Assembly (NCBI GenBank): GCA_051362555.1
Contig: CM120644.1
Coordinates: 23,334,534-23,398,533, forward strand
Source of the DNA: Lingula anatina
Taxonomy: Eukaryota; Animalia; Brachiopoda
DNA length: 64,000 nucleotides
Reading direction: 5' to 3'
Below, piece by piece: positions 14,148 to 26,033 of this stretch (position 1 is the first letter of the stretch; each line of letters starts with the position of its first letter). The translations under genes and the position numbers were made by a program. The notes under the pieces are model-generated. The model was not told where the DNA came from and made no database searches. It worked only from the letters and a program-made list of their open reading frames with translations.

Positions 14148-14426
14148 AAAATTAGATTGCAAATTACCTGAGCTTATAAATGGTATAAATTACACATTGC
14201 TAAAAGAGAGATTTGAAAGGGATGTCATATATGCGACCTGTGATCAGGCTGGTCACAGTTTTGCCAGCACTGCAGCTAGACAGTGGTTACTGTGGCACCC
14301 CTGGCGCATTGTGATATGTATACCTATTATAGATTGCATTAATTCTGAAAAAATAATTTGATATTTCTCCTTATAGTTATTATGACTTTCTGAACACAAA
14401 TATGCCCTTTTTTAGGAAACTCTGCT

Positions 14427-14447
14427 TCTCTCTCTCCCTCCCCTCTA

Positions 14448-14486
<39 letters not shown>
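14427..14486 (+). repeat. (CT)n microsatellite
   Basis: Direct reading; paralogue at ~57387-57452. Confidence 0.9.
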
Positions 14487-14489
<3 letters not shown>

Positions 14490-14942
14490 GAAATTGGAAT
14501 ATTCCAAGTGCATTATGTCTGATATTCCCATCATGATATGCATATTATAATATTTAAAATGCCTGATTGCCAATATTGTAACTTATCATACTCGTTATAT
14601 AATAAATAATCATAACAATAATGTTCATTTGCAACCAAAATACCAGTAGTCAGATTGTAAAACTATTAATTGTTATATTCACTTGATAAGAATAAGATAA
14701 ATAAAATTGTTAATTGTTTTTAAAAAGTGCTTAGGTGAAATAAAACATTTATTATTTATTTAACTATATTTATTGATGGTAAAATGGTAGGTCTATGTAA
14801 ACTTTATCTTCTCCGGGGCCCTCATGAGGCTAGTAAAAGTACACAAATAAAACCTCCATTAAATTAGTGAAAAATATAAAGTATTGTATTGACTAATAAA
14901 TCATACATTGTCCAAATTGTTTCCATTGTCTAAAGACAGTAA

Positions 14943-15368
<426 letters not shown>

Positions 15369-16056
15369 TAAATTTTATTTTAATGGCACATAAGGCATTC
15401 CAAGTTTTAGTGTTTTGTGCAACTATACGTTTTTTAAAACCCATACCCATACTTAAGATCCAATGTTTTATTTGACAGATATAAACCTTGTCTCAGAACC
15501 AAAGCAACATAAAAGAGGTGCTAAGTGACCACATAATGCAGGGCCTTCTGGAAATAACTGGTAGGTGGTGCCACTGGAAATATTTAAAGAAATTTTATAG
15601 GCTTAACAAATTTCTGTATTTTGATGCATGTAAGTATTGTAAAGCTTTGCTGTAATTATTTTTGATTATATTTTTTAACTAAAGTTGAAGTGTAGGAAGC
15701 AGATATTTTCATTGCTGGGAATAAAATGTTAGACCTCCTAATGTCTTAAAAAGGATAATGGTCAGTGTTTCAATCAGGCAGTTACTAGATTTCAGAGTGC
15801 TATTTATCCAAGGGCCTGTTGTACAAAAGATTAACTGAATATTGATAACAAGGATATGTTTCTCGGAGAATCTGATAACATAACATAACATAACATAATT
15901 TTATTTCACGTCAGTTTTCCAACAAGCACAACACTAGCCATAGCAGGCTAATATCACCGACAGAATGAAATAAATTAATGTGAAGTACTATAATAGTGAT
16001 ATAAAATTTAAATAAATAGAGGCTACCTGAGATTTAAAACCAGAATGCCTTTTAGG

Positions 16057-18852
16057 CTATACATTTGCACACAATTCACATTTCCAGTTTGACTGGGGTG
16101 TCCAGTTTTGGACCATACCTTTAAAAGTGTCCAGATCTTTACAATTTTTCATTGATACTGGCAACATATTCCATAGTTTAGCACCACTGTAGGCTAATGA
16201 ATTTAATCCATAGCATTTTGTCCTGCAGTGCTTCTGAAGCAACTGATTTGAGTTCCTTAAGCTGTAAGGTACTTCTTTAACACTGAACAAATCCCACATG
16301 AAAGGTGGGGAGAGCTTATTTACTGATTTAAACACTTCAATTATTACAGCTCTATTCCTAGAAAGCTCAAGAGTAGATAACCCTGCTTTCTCTAGTAATG
16401 TACTATAACTAGACTCAAAATCATCATACACAAACTTTAAGGCTCTGTACTGAATGCGTTCCATCTTTGCACAATCTACAGCACCACAAAAGTTCCAAGC
16501 TAAAGCACAATAGTTAAACTGTGATAAAATAAAACATCTAAAGACTTGTAGTCTAGACATTTCATCAAGGTACTGTGAAAGTCTCTGTAACACTTTAAGT
16601 TGAGCACCTGCCTTCTTACATAGTACACTGATATGATAATGAAAATTAAGTCTTTCATCAATATTCACACCTAATAGTTTCACATGTGGTTCTGTGGTGA
16701 TATTAGCATTATCAATACTGATAGTATTTCTATCTGTAGTTTCATTTAACATAATAGCATGAAATTTAGATGGGTTAGCCTCCATCATATTGTCTCTGAA
16801 CCACTTTATGGCAGTCTCTGACTCTGTAGTTAGAGTCTCTATCACCTCCTGTCGGGTTGGGTGCATAGCGACTAGAGTGTTGTCGTCAGCATAGTTGTAT
16901 AACGACGCTCTGGTGATCGTTGCGTAAATGTCATTCATGAAGACATTGAAGAGGATCGGTCCCATGATGGAACCCTGCGGGACCCCCTTTACCAGCGGTA
17001 GCCAATCACTGACATGTCCAGAGAGTTTAACCCTCTGACTGCGTGACGAAAGGTACGCCCATATCAAGGCACAACCTTTTTGCGACATGCCGTAGGCCCT
17101 GAGCTTGGCGATAATGAGCTGGTGCGGCAAACAGTCGAACGCCTTGCTCAGGTCCATTAGGATGGCTCCTGCGTGGTTGCGATTTTCCAAGGACTGCTTC
17201 CAGTCCTCGATCAAGCGAAGAAGCACATACTGGCAGTTGTATCCTCTCCTATAAGCGGCCATCCTGGGATCCAGGATCCGCTGAAGGAAAGGCGCCAGCT
17301 GATGATGAAGTATCTTCTCCAGTACTTTGGACAAAGCAGGCAAGATACTAACAGGCCTGTAGTTTTTCATGATAAGGTTGTCATCCTTCTTGAAGAGTGG
17401 CACCACTTCAGCAAGTTTGGCACCATCCGGAAATACACAAGTATCAACACACTGATTGTAGATTGACGTGATGTGGTGACTAAGGCATGTAGCTACAGGT
17501 TTCAGTAATCTCGGTGGTACACTGTCCCAACCTGTTGCCTTAGTAGTGTCCATGTCCTTAATGATTTTCATTACATCATCTGGTGTGGTATGTTCAAAAG
17601 TGAAATCACAATTGTTCATACTAGATTTGATATTTTGCACACTTGGATGATCAGTGAAGTAAGTTTCACACTGTTGTACAAAGTCTGTATTGGAGGTCAT
17701 CCCTTGATCTAGATCAAGGTTACCCCCAATCTGCGATGCAATATTCACATAAAAATTGTTCATCACATTGGCTACTTCCTGCGGCTTAGTCTCAATGGCA
17801 TTTTCTGTTCGTATCATGATGGAGTTTCCATCGCTGGACCCTTTGTTTGTGAGGAAGGGCTTTATCGTAGACCAGAAATCACAGTTTTTAGGTCCATTTC
17901 TGCACTTGGCATTGAAATAGTCCTTTATGGCCTGTTTCCTTATGCGAGTTGTACGGTTTCTTTGAGATCTGTACTTTTCCCAGTTAGCATCTGTAGGGAA
18001 TCTCCTGAACTTATTTTGCAGTCGTTTTTTGTCTCGCACAGCCTTTCGTAAGGTTTTGTTCATAAAAGGAGCCTCTTTGGCTCGCACTTTGACAGTTTTC
18101 AGGGGTGCATGTTCATCCATAATCTCCCTGAGCATAGTTTGAAGAGCCCAGTAATTATCAGATGGGTCTTCAAAGATTTCACACACAGTATAGGGAATGT
18201 AGTTCACTTCCTGAATGTATAAATCCATGTTAAATTGCTTATAATTGCGATAAGTCACTGTTTTTGCTGGCAGCCTGGCAGCAAACAGTTTGAACACAAC
18301 ATATATCATGTCATGCGAATCACTTAATCCTGTATTCATGGTTGCTGATTTAACACATTTGTCAGCTCGGCTCACAAGTATCACATCTATAAGAGTAGAT
18401 CCATGAATAGTGTGATTTGTAGGTTGTTTGATCAGCTGCTCCAAATCATACTGATCACACAAGTCTCTTAATGGCTCACCTTTGGCGTCATGTAGCAAAT
18501 CGAAGTTGAGATCACCTAACACACATATGTCGGTGTAGTTACTGTGAGCTTTGTCCAAAATGTTAGCCATTTCTTCAGTAAAGGTTGCATTTTGTAGACT
18601 AGGTGGCTTATAAGCGCACATGAGGAGATACTTTGACTTTTTATTAGGCACTACCTCCACGGTTATCATTTCCACAGCTTCGGTCTCATGGCATTTCATC
18701 CGACGACAGGGTATATCCGACCTGATGTAGACCATGACACCGCCACCTTTTTCATCACGGTCTCGTCGAAACAACCGGTAACCATCAATTCTGAACTGCT
18801 CATCTGGGAATGAGTCGTCCACCTTGGTTTCTGCTATGCCTAGTAGATCCAC
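16057..18852 (-). CDS. LINE APE endonuclease-reverse transcriptase
   Basis: ETK, GGGV, GDLN and SDSH (APE); NYRPVS, DLSKAFD, GVPQGS, YADD and KLLGV (RT). 931 aa open. Confidence 0.95.
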   Translation of the reverse strand: MDLLGIAETKVDDSFPDEQFRIDGYRLFRRDRDEKGGGVMVYIRSDIPCRRMKCHETEAVEMITVEVVPNKKSKYLLMCAYKPPSLQNATFTEEMANILDKAHSNYTDICVLGDLNFDLLHDAKGEPLRDLCDQYDLEQLIKQPTNHTIHGSTLIDVILVSRADKCVKSATMNTGLSDSHDMIYVVFKLFAARLPAKTVTYRNYKQFNMDLYIQEVNYIPYTVCEIFEDPSDNYWALQTMLREIMDEHAPLKTVKVRAKEAPFMNKTLRKAVRDKKRLQNKFRRFPTDANWEKYRSQRNRTTRIRKQAIKDYFNAKCRNGPKNCDFWSTIKPFLTNKGSSDGNSIMIRTENAIETKPQEVANVMNNFYVNIASQIGGNLDLDQGMTSNTDFVQQCETYFTDHPSVQNIKSSMNNCDFTFEHTTPDDVMKIIKDMDTTKATGWDSVPPRLLKPVATCLSHHITSIYNQCVDTCVFPDGAKLAEVVPLFKKDDNLIMKNYRPVSILPALSKVLEKILHHQLAPFLQRILDPRMAAYRRGYNCQYVLLRLIEDWKQSLENRNHAGAILMDLSKAFDCLPHQLIIAKLRAYGMSQKGCALIWAYLSSRSQRVKLSGHVSDWLPLVKGVPQGSIMGPILFNVFMNDIYATITRASLYNYADDNTLVAMHPTRQEVIETLTTESETAIKWFRDNMMEANPSKFHAIMLNETTDRNTISIDNANITTEPHVKLLGVNIDERLNFHYHISVLCKKAGAQLKVLQRLSQYLDEMSRLQVFRCFILSQFNYCALAWNFCGAVDCAKMERIQYRALKFVYDDFESSYSTLLEKAGLSTLELSRNRAVIIEVFKSVNKLSPPFMWDLFSVKEVPYSLRNSNQLLQKHCRTKCYGLNSLAYSGAKLWNMLPVSMKNCKDLDTFKGMVQNWTPQSNWKCELCANV

Positions 18853-18871
18853 TGGTACTCGTCTCAGTGAT

Positions 18872-19573
18872 TCACGGATGTGAATTACTTTGTGGCGAAA
18901 ACTTAATGTTTATGTAGGCAGCAATAAACCCTTTGGGATGGTCCTTTTTGATGTTATCAAAGAAATCAGTATTTTCACACTCACCATCACTACTGCTGGA
19001 GTACTGTGTACTATCCAATACTGAGTTATCAAAGAAAGAATCACTGATTGATGGCAATTGACAATTGTAGCAGTGCCAATCGCTGTCACTTGCTGATAGT
19101 CTCCCATATTCAGCGTTAGACACAGAAATCACTTCCGGCAAACATTTGACATGATGCCAGTAGTCACAAGTATCACAACATAGTCCCTTCTGGTTGGACT
19201 TTACTGGTTTACTGCATATTCCACATGGGTATTTGTAGTTCCTTTTGGCTGGTCCGGGATTCAAGTGGATGTCACCACTCAGTAGAAGTAATACGAACCC
19301 GTGATGCCAGCAGAAGTTCGATGTCGACATTGCCGATTCAGCAACAACAGACCGGCGCCATGTTTGTTCAGGTATCCCTGGCGACAGCAAAGATGTCGCA
19401 CCTAAAAGTCCGAAATTCTCACCCAAACTCGTATGGCATTCCACAAACACATGTCCAAAATTGTCACTGTAAGTTAATAATACATCAGAATCATATCTGG
19501 GCGTAAACTGTAGCAATAAAACCACTAAAATCACTAAAATGTTCACGGCTTGCGAAGAACGTGATCCTGCCAT
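18872..19573 (-). CDS. LINE N-terminal segment: hydrophobic leader, 2A-like peptide, PHD finger and start of the APE domain; frameshifted from the RT ORF at ~18903
   Basis: LLLLSGDIHLNPGP; CGIC..CCDTCDYWHHVKC..WHCYNC. Restoring 2 nt gives AYINIxSFRHKV..VDLLGIAETK in frame with the RT ORF. Confidence 0.85.
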   Translation of the reverse strand: MAGSRSSQAVNILVILVVLLLQFTPRYDSDVLLTYSDNFGHVFVECHTSLGENFGLLGATSLLSPGIPEQTWRRSVVAESAMSTSNFCWHHGFVLLLLSGDIHLNPGPAKRNYKYPCGICSKPVKSNQKGLCCDTCDYWHHVKCLPEVISVSNAEYGRLSASDSDWHCYNCQLPSISDSFFDNSVLDSTQYSSSSDGECENTDFFDNIKKDHPKGFIAAYINIKFSPQSNSHP

Positions 19574-21434
19574 CTTGACGGCGAATCAACCTTTGTTTTT
19601 AACCAAGTCCCCAGAGAGGATTGAAATTGCCTTAACAATGATTAATGCTCATGGGGGTGATATTAGTCCATGTGGATATATTTAATACATTTATGGGGAG
19701 CCAGTTGTGAAATGCTCTAACACCACTATTGCAAACTAGACTCCACACGTTTGATTATCCAAGTTAAGCAGTCTAAGCTAAGGCTAAAAGCTCTCAGACT
19801 TTGTGAAGCAGGCTCTTGGACTAAAAGCAGACCAAGAATTTTTTTTCTGAAAGTGAAGACCATGATCCATTGTGATGCAGTCACCCAGTCCTTTTTTTAT
19901 TTTTCTTTTTTTTTATTTCAATGTAAAATTTAAAAAAATTAAAAATGTTATCAACATTTGTGCTTCAGGTCTCAGGGTGGGGGCCAAGGAGGGCCAGGAC
20001 GGGGGCCAATGGGAGGGGGTGGAGGAGGAGGAGGCCCTCCCATGAAAAAACAGCGTCCAGGGATGGCCCACCCCATGGGGTCCATTAACAAGAGAAACCT
20101 GGTGTCACTGGTCAGCAATATCCCCAAGGGCAGGGGCGGGAAGCCTGCCAGCACACAGCCCAAAGGACCAGTGCAGAAATATGGTAGGAAGATGTGTGTG
20201 TAGTGTGTGTGTCTGTGTTTGGGGGGGGGGGGGGGGGGTCTAAGTGTCCAGATAATGTTATTCATTTCATGTTAGGCTGGTAAAACAAAATGTTTTTACA
20301 GAGGTTAAACATGTGGTTTATTGGGGAACCTGTGAGACTTGACCTTTTTTCTTAGTGTTAATGAGTTCATGTAGCAAGTGGTTGAGGGATGGAGGCTGTG
20401 AACTTAATGCCTCATATTTGTTAAGTCTTTTTTAGAAACCATTAAGTTTAATCTTTTCTTGCTACTCATATCACGTTGTATGAACTCTTCCTACATAATT
20501 TTAAATAGTAATATTTCATGGTATAGATTTGATGCAGATTTCTGTAACATTTTCAGGCAGAATTTTTAAAAAGATTTTTGTGTTAATTGTCTTTTTAAAA
20601 AATATCTGCTTTGCTCTGATCGTCTGTCAATTTTTTGTTCTACACTTGTGATCCGTTCTGTATTTTTTCTTCAGACAGTCCAGACATCTTGATTTGTGGG
20701 AACTGCAAGTGGATCTTCACAGACTTTGAGGAGCTGGCACTCCACAAACGGCGGACATGTCAACTGAAGTTCCTGTGTAAATGCAAGAGACCTGGTAAGA
20801 AAAGAAATTGATAAGTACTGGATAGGATTTTCAGGGGACCACTTATTTCGGCTACATATCTCAAAGGGATAACAACTCTTCTTTTTGGCTGGAAAAGTGC
20901 CATAAAGTGAATTATCTTGAAGGAAAGGTAATTTTCCCATACAGAGACTTTAAATGTAATCTAATTTTTTTTAAGAGTATGTTTTAGTAATAATCTGTTC
21001 AGAGATTATTACAGAGGGTAGCAATCAATGACATTCCACCGTCTCGTGATAGCCAGATATAACGATTAACTGCAATTTTGGTGGTAAAATACAATTTATT
21101 ACATTTTCACGTCTTGTTAACATCTTGTTAAAAATTTATTGAATGTGGAATTTTTGAATCTCATACAAAGAGTTGTTATCCCTTCAAGCTTGGAAACCCT
21201 GACCGTATGGTTTTCCTTCTATTGGTGAAAACATGGACAAGTGAACTTTGGGAAATTTTAAACACGAAACCTCTCATGCCATTTTGGATGAGTTCTTTGT
21301 TCTCAGAGTTACTTTTCTTGGGTCTGGTAGTGATGTTTGTACTGTTTTAGTATAATATTTTAACATTCTTAATTATTTATTTTCTTTTTCTGAAATATTG
21401 TCAGGGTTTTTGGAATTCCTGCTTTTCATTGATG

Positions 21435-21624
21435 TTTTTTATGTGCAGATACAGATGTTGATGTTGTCGTTGTTGCCATGCACTTTCAGTGATAACACGA
21501 TCAGTGGAAGAACATTTCGGCTTTTGTCTTCAAACTCATGGAACTGATGAATATTCATAAAATACAGGTCGAGTTCGAAGGATTGGGCCATTATTTCAAA
21601 AGATATGCTTTTTTTTTCCCTCAG
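21435..21624 (+). mobile_element. Degraded fragment related to Helentron family 1, abutting a splice acceptor
   Basis: tttttatgtgcagatacagatg..gataacacgatcagtggaa..gaactgatgaatattcataaaatacaggtcgagttcgaa matches the family-1 5' region. Paralogue at ~60697-60885. Confidence 0.7.
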
Positions 21625-24600
21625 ATGGTGAACCAGCTGTGGTGTCATGTGCTACCTGTAAGAAAGTGTTCCCCACTAGCTGGGAGTTATGTAACCACTG
21701 CCAAACCGAACCCAACATGTCCATATTTGTACCACCAATCCAAGAACAGGTAAAACTTTGCCATATGCAGATCTAGAGCGCTACAACTGAAATACATACA
21801 CGGTTTTTATGCATTTTGGATAGATTTGACATTTCGAAGAATTAGAAATATTTGCGTTTATTAGAAACATTTGACTTTAATATTCTAGGTAAACTTTATT
21901 TACTTATCGTTATAAATGGTATAGGCAATTTGAAAGAAAACAGTGTTATCAGTAAGAGTACAGGACTGAAAATGGTACTAAATTGTTTAAAGCTTGATCT
22001 TGGTAATAACTTGCTTTGGTGAAGACAAATCGCTACCAATCAGTGGGTTTAATTTATCGACTCTAAACATTCCAGAGTGCCATAAAGAAAGCAGCAGAGG
22101 CCGACACCAACGGCACAGAAACAACAGAGGTTTGTGTATTTTTATATTTCTCATTTAGAGCAGTTCACATGAATTTGATGTTTAAAAAAAGAATTTCAAA
22201 GTACCTTGTTAGTTTGTTATTTATCATTTGAACAATTGCTCAAATAACTGATTGGTTGACTGAGAAGTGATTTATGAAGCTGAAGTTGTGAAGGGATTTG
22301 ATTTTCATAATAACAAAGATATGATATTTTTCCAGTTGGTTTAGTATCAGCAAGACTTGGAAAATTGCTCTCAGTGATTTTGATTTGAATGATGTTTGTT
22401 GTGCTGTTCAAGAATATAAAGGCTCTTGTAAATATTGTCATGATGTTAAGATCCTGGTGTAGTCTTTTATCATATTGTGCACATACATCATTATATATAT
22501 ACAAATCAGACTATACATTTTTGGCAGTACATGCTGATGCATGAATTACAATGTTTATATTTATTCCTTTATTTGTAAATATGATTTGAGAGAGAGTAAA
22601 TAATGGTGTTTTCATATACACAGGCTGGGAATAGCAAAGAGAAAAAGGAGTCAAGGAAAGAAGGTAAATGAACCTGAACTTTAAATTGGACTTTGTATAA
22701 GAATTTGATCTGCTGTTTTTATGCACTCAGTATTAGGTAAAAAAATTGCTATGAGTACTTTAATTAGACTTAACCATTGCTTGAGCAGAAAATTGTATGT
22801 TGTGCCACATTCTGTCTGCCCTGCGTTTTCCTGCATGTTGTGACTCTACATGGAATAAAGCACGACGCAGACCATAGTTTTCGGCTGATTTCAGTTACTA
22901 TGATAGTTCACCCAATAGCAAAAAAATAGGAGAGTTGGGGGGAGGGGACGCTAACTGCGGGTAGAGGAAACAGTAACACCTGCAAACTGATTTCTGAGGA
23001 AGGTGTCAAGAAACTCGCCTTTATCTGTCTCTATCATGAATGTGACCCAAAAACAAACAAACAAAAAAAAAAAAAATTAACTCAAAAACTGAGTAATAAT
23101 TTTATCAACAATTTTGCATGTGAGGTCCATTGGTTATTAAGGAGAAAAAATGAAATTTTGTTGTTGTTTTTTTCCTCTGTAGAGGCCTAACACTCATTGT
23201 GCGCCTTCTAGTTCTTTTGTGAAGGTAGCCCCTGTTGTGACTTTCAGGTGAGGATGTGGCTGAGGAGGACACCAATGGTGAGGAGGCAGCTGAGGAGGAG
23301 GAGGACGAAAAAGAAGAAATAGATGAGGATGCCATGCTCCAGGAGGATGAGGAGGCCACAGGGGACCAGGACGAGGAGAAAAACGATGAATGAGGAAGAT
23401 GACAAAAATAACAAATGAAACGTGGCAGAATAAGACATCCTTTTCTGTAAGGGAAAGGAGGTAAAAGAACCCTGAAGGAATGACGAAATTGTAAAAGAGA
23501 GTTGAAAACATATGGCTTTTATTTTTATTTTATTTATTTATTTATTTATTTATTAGGAATGTTAGTTTTCAGCTAATATGCATATGCAAAGAGGATGACC
23601 ATTAAAACTGGTTCAGAAAAATGTATATAAGTGCATAAGGTTATTTTGTACAAAAGAAAAAAAAAGTGCAGAAGTGACATTTTCAACTACATTCTGATGG
23701 TAGTGCTGAAGACATTGAAAGCAAAATGTGACTACTGTATATGTCATTATGTATATAAAAGTACACAATACCTGCAAAGCCTCAAGGATATACAATACAG
23801 CAGTACATATTATATATGCTGGTCTGTAAAATAAAATATTCCAGGTAAATTAGGTGAGTGGCAGTCATGCTTTAGTCTTTTTGTCTGGTTTTTGGTAAGA
23901 TTTATTGGTTATTTAATCTGCAGTGTGATATTTTAAAGAAGAACTTAATAGTAACACAGTTCAAAAGTTTATTTGTAAGCAAACAGGGCATTAAATTAAA
24001 CGTTGTCTGTTTACAAACTTAAAGGAAGTCATTTTACATTGAAGTGTTTGGTTTAGATACAGATCAAAAAGGGCGCACGTATTTTGAATATGTAAACAAG
24101 ATTTAGATAAAATGCAAGTTTGAAATGGTTGGTCATTTAGTTTGAAAATTGTAATATCCTATTCTCTGAAAAGAGAAGAGTCTGGTGTCAATGCAGCTGT
24201 TGTAATAATTAATTCATTATGAGTATAATATGATTTTGACTAGAAACCAGATAGTTCTCCATTTTCCCCTGATGAACATGGTATATTTAAAGTACAGAAA
24301 ACCACAAATGGGATAGTTTATATCTTACTGGCTATAAGAATCGGAGGTAGAAATATATATATAAATGGATGTACCATTTATTGCAAGCACAGGTACCTAT
24401 CGTACCACATGTATGTGAGCGTTTTCAGGATTTTGGCTGTCTGTGTGAGTACATTAAATTGGAGAAAATAGACATAGATAGACAAAGCTCTTTATTTGAC
24501 TGTCTCTGTAGATATTCAGAAGTTTAAATTTAAGATTGTCCAAAGGCGAGCAGCAGTGCATATAATTCCTAAGGTTCAAAGACCTGATTGCATTGGTATG

Positions 24601-25814
24601 TGTAATTCATTTATCAGTTGTTTGTGATTGTACATAAATTTGTGGAGTTTTGTATTGTTAGAATGTATTATACATGTAAATCCTTATTGGTAATTACCAA
24701 ACAGCAGTGAGAATATGATAATCCTATAGTGTAAACACTGCATATTGAACATGACAAACATTGATTTCATTTATATCATAAGTAAAGCCATAACATGGTC
24801 AATATTCAGGAACTTCTGGGTACAGTGAATAGTTTTCTGATGGAGAAGAAGGTGAATATACATGTAATTGTAGATCTCACTGCCGCACAGAGGCGCAAAT
24901 GATTTATGATAATTTTGTTGATTTTATATAAAATATTCAAACACTAATGATAAAGATGTATGTTTTGTTGACAATTTTGTGTCCATCTTACAGAATATGT
25001 CTATTAAAATGCTCTTTCAGGGTTTTTTGTTTTAAAAGCTTAGGGAATGGATTAACAAGTGTCTCAAATTTGTCAATAAATTTGGTCTTATACATAACCC
25101 TTAGACTGTGATGAAATGAGCATGGCTACCCAAGTTATTTATTTTTATTTTATTTATTTTTTTTGCTTTGTATATTGATTTATCAATTTTCCATTGAAAC
25201 GCTTTTCATACTGGATTCTTGTGTGTGTATGTAGACATGTACACTATTGGTCAAAAATTGTGTCCTAACTCGAGTTCCATGACATGGCATGTGTTTTTGT
25301 TTACATATGATCATCTCACAGCTGTAAACCATTTTAAATATTTTTTAAATTCCATTTACCATACCTAATTTGACGTGCGGTACAGAAAGTACAAAATGTC
25401 GATCTATATTATATACCATTTATTCAAGTTTAGAGCATACGCTCCTCAAATCTGACGTTCCACTGTCATTTCCATTGAGCAAAAAAAGACCAGCAAAATT
25501 AAAAATATGCCACCAGATACACACACGATTAGCTTGAGCATACAATCCTCTGGCTCAGTTCATTTATGAGAACAGTAAATACATCATTACCAAAATCACG
25601 AAGCATGCAATTGGTATAAAGATTGCTGTTGCGCTTTCTTCCAGTCCAAAAGGAGTTTCTTACTTTTCCCTCAGTCGGCGTCAGAATGAGGCAAAAATGA
25701 CGCGAAAGATCCTGTGTTTGTGTGAGCGCACGATTGCGTGGAACATCTACGGGGGAGACGAGAGAGAGAGGTAACAAGAGACCAGCTCAATGCTGAGAGT
25801 CCATGTAGTACTAC

Positions 25815-26033
25815 AGCCCCCTTTACACTGGACGGCGTCCTTTCTGCTTCCGTTAGAACGGCCCCGTTTGAGAGCAAATAAAACCATTACTTCTGTGCCG
25901 ACAACTGATCGATCAATGAGGATTCAATCTGCAGCCAAAGCGATGCTTATGCCTCTTCTCTACGACCATATCGATGCCAGTTACATAGTCCACAAAGGAC
26001 GCAGAAAGGACGCCGTCTAGTGTGAAAGGGGCT
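25815..26033. mobile_element. MITE with ~37-bp TIRs (PIF/Harbinger-like ends)
   Basis: agccccctttacactggacggcgtcctttctgc at the left; gcagaaaggacgccgtctagtgtgaaaggggct at the right. Confidence 0.75.

Larger units (their letters stand above)
15877..19587 (-). mobile_element. Full-length APE-type LINE (CR1/L2 group) inserted antisense in an intron; copy A only
   Basis: Absent at the paralogous site ~58841-58850. On the minus strand the 3' end is AATAAA plus (TTATG)n and the 5' end is gattcgccgtcaagATGGC. Confidence 0.95.

Noticed and set aside
18872-18910. Programmed frameshift between the LINE ORFs
   Set aside because: The break falls inside the first APE motif and is fixed by restoring 2 nt, so mutation or sequencing error is simpler.
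23105-23511. Minus-strand Ser/Pro-rich ORFs (also 62363-62775 and 19972-20265)
   Set aside because: Antisense shadows of the acidic and Gly-rich exons.
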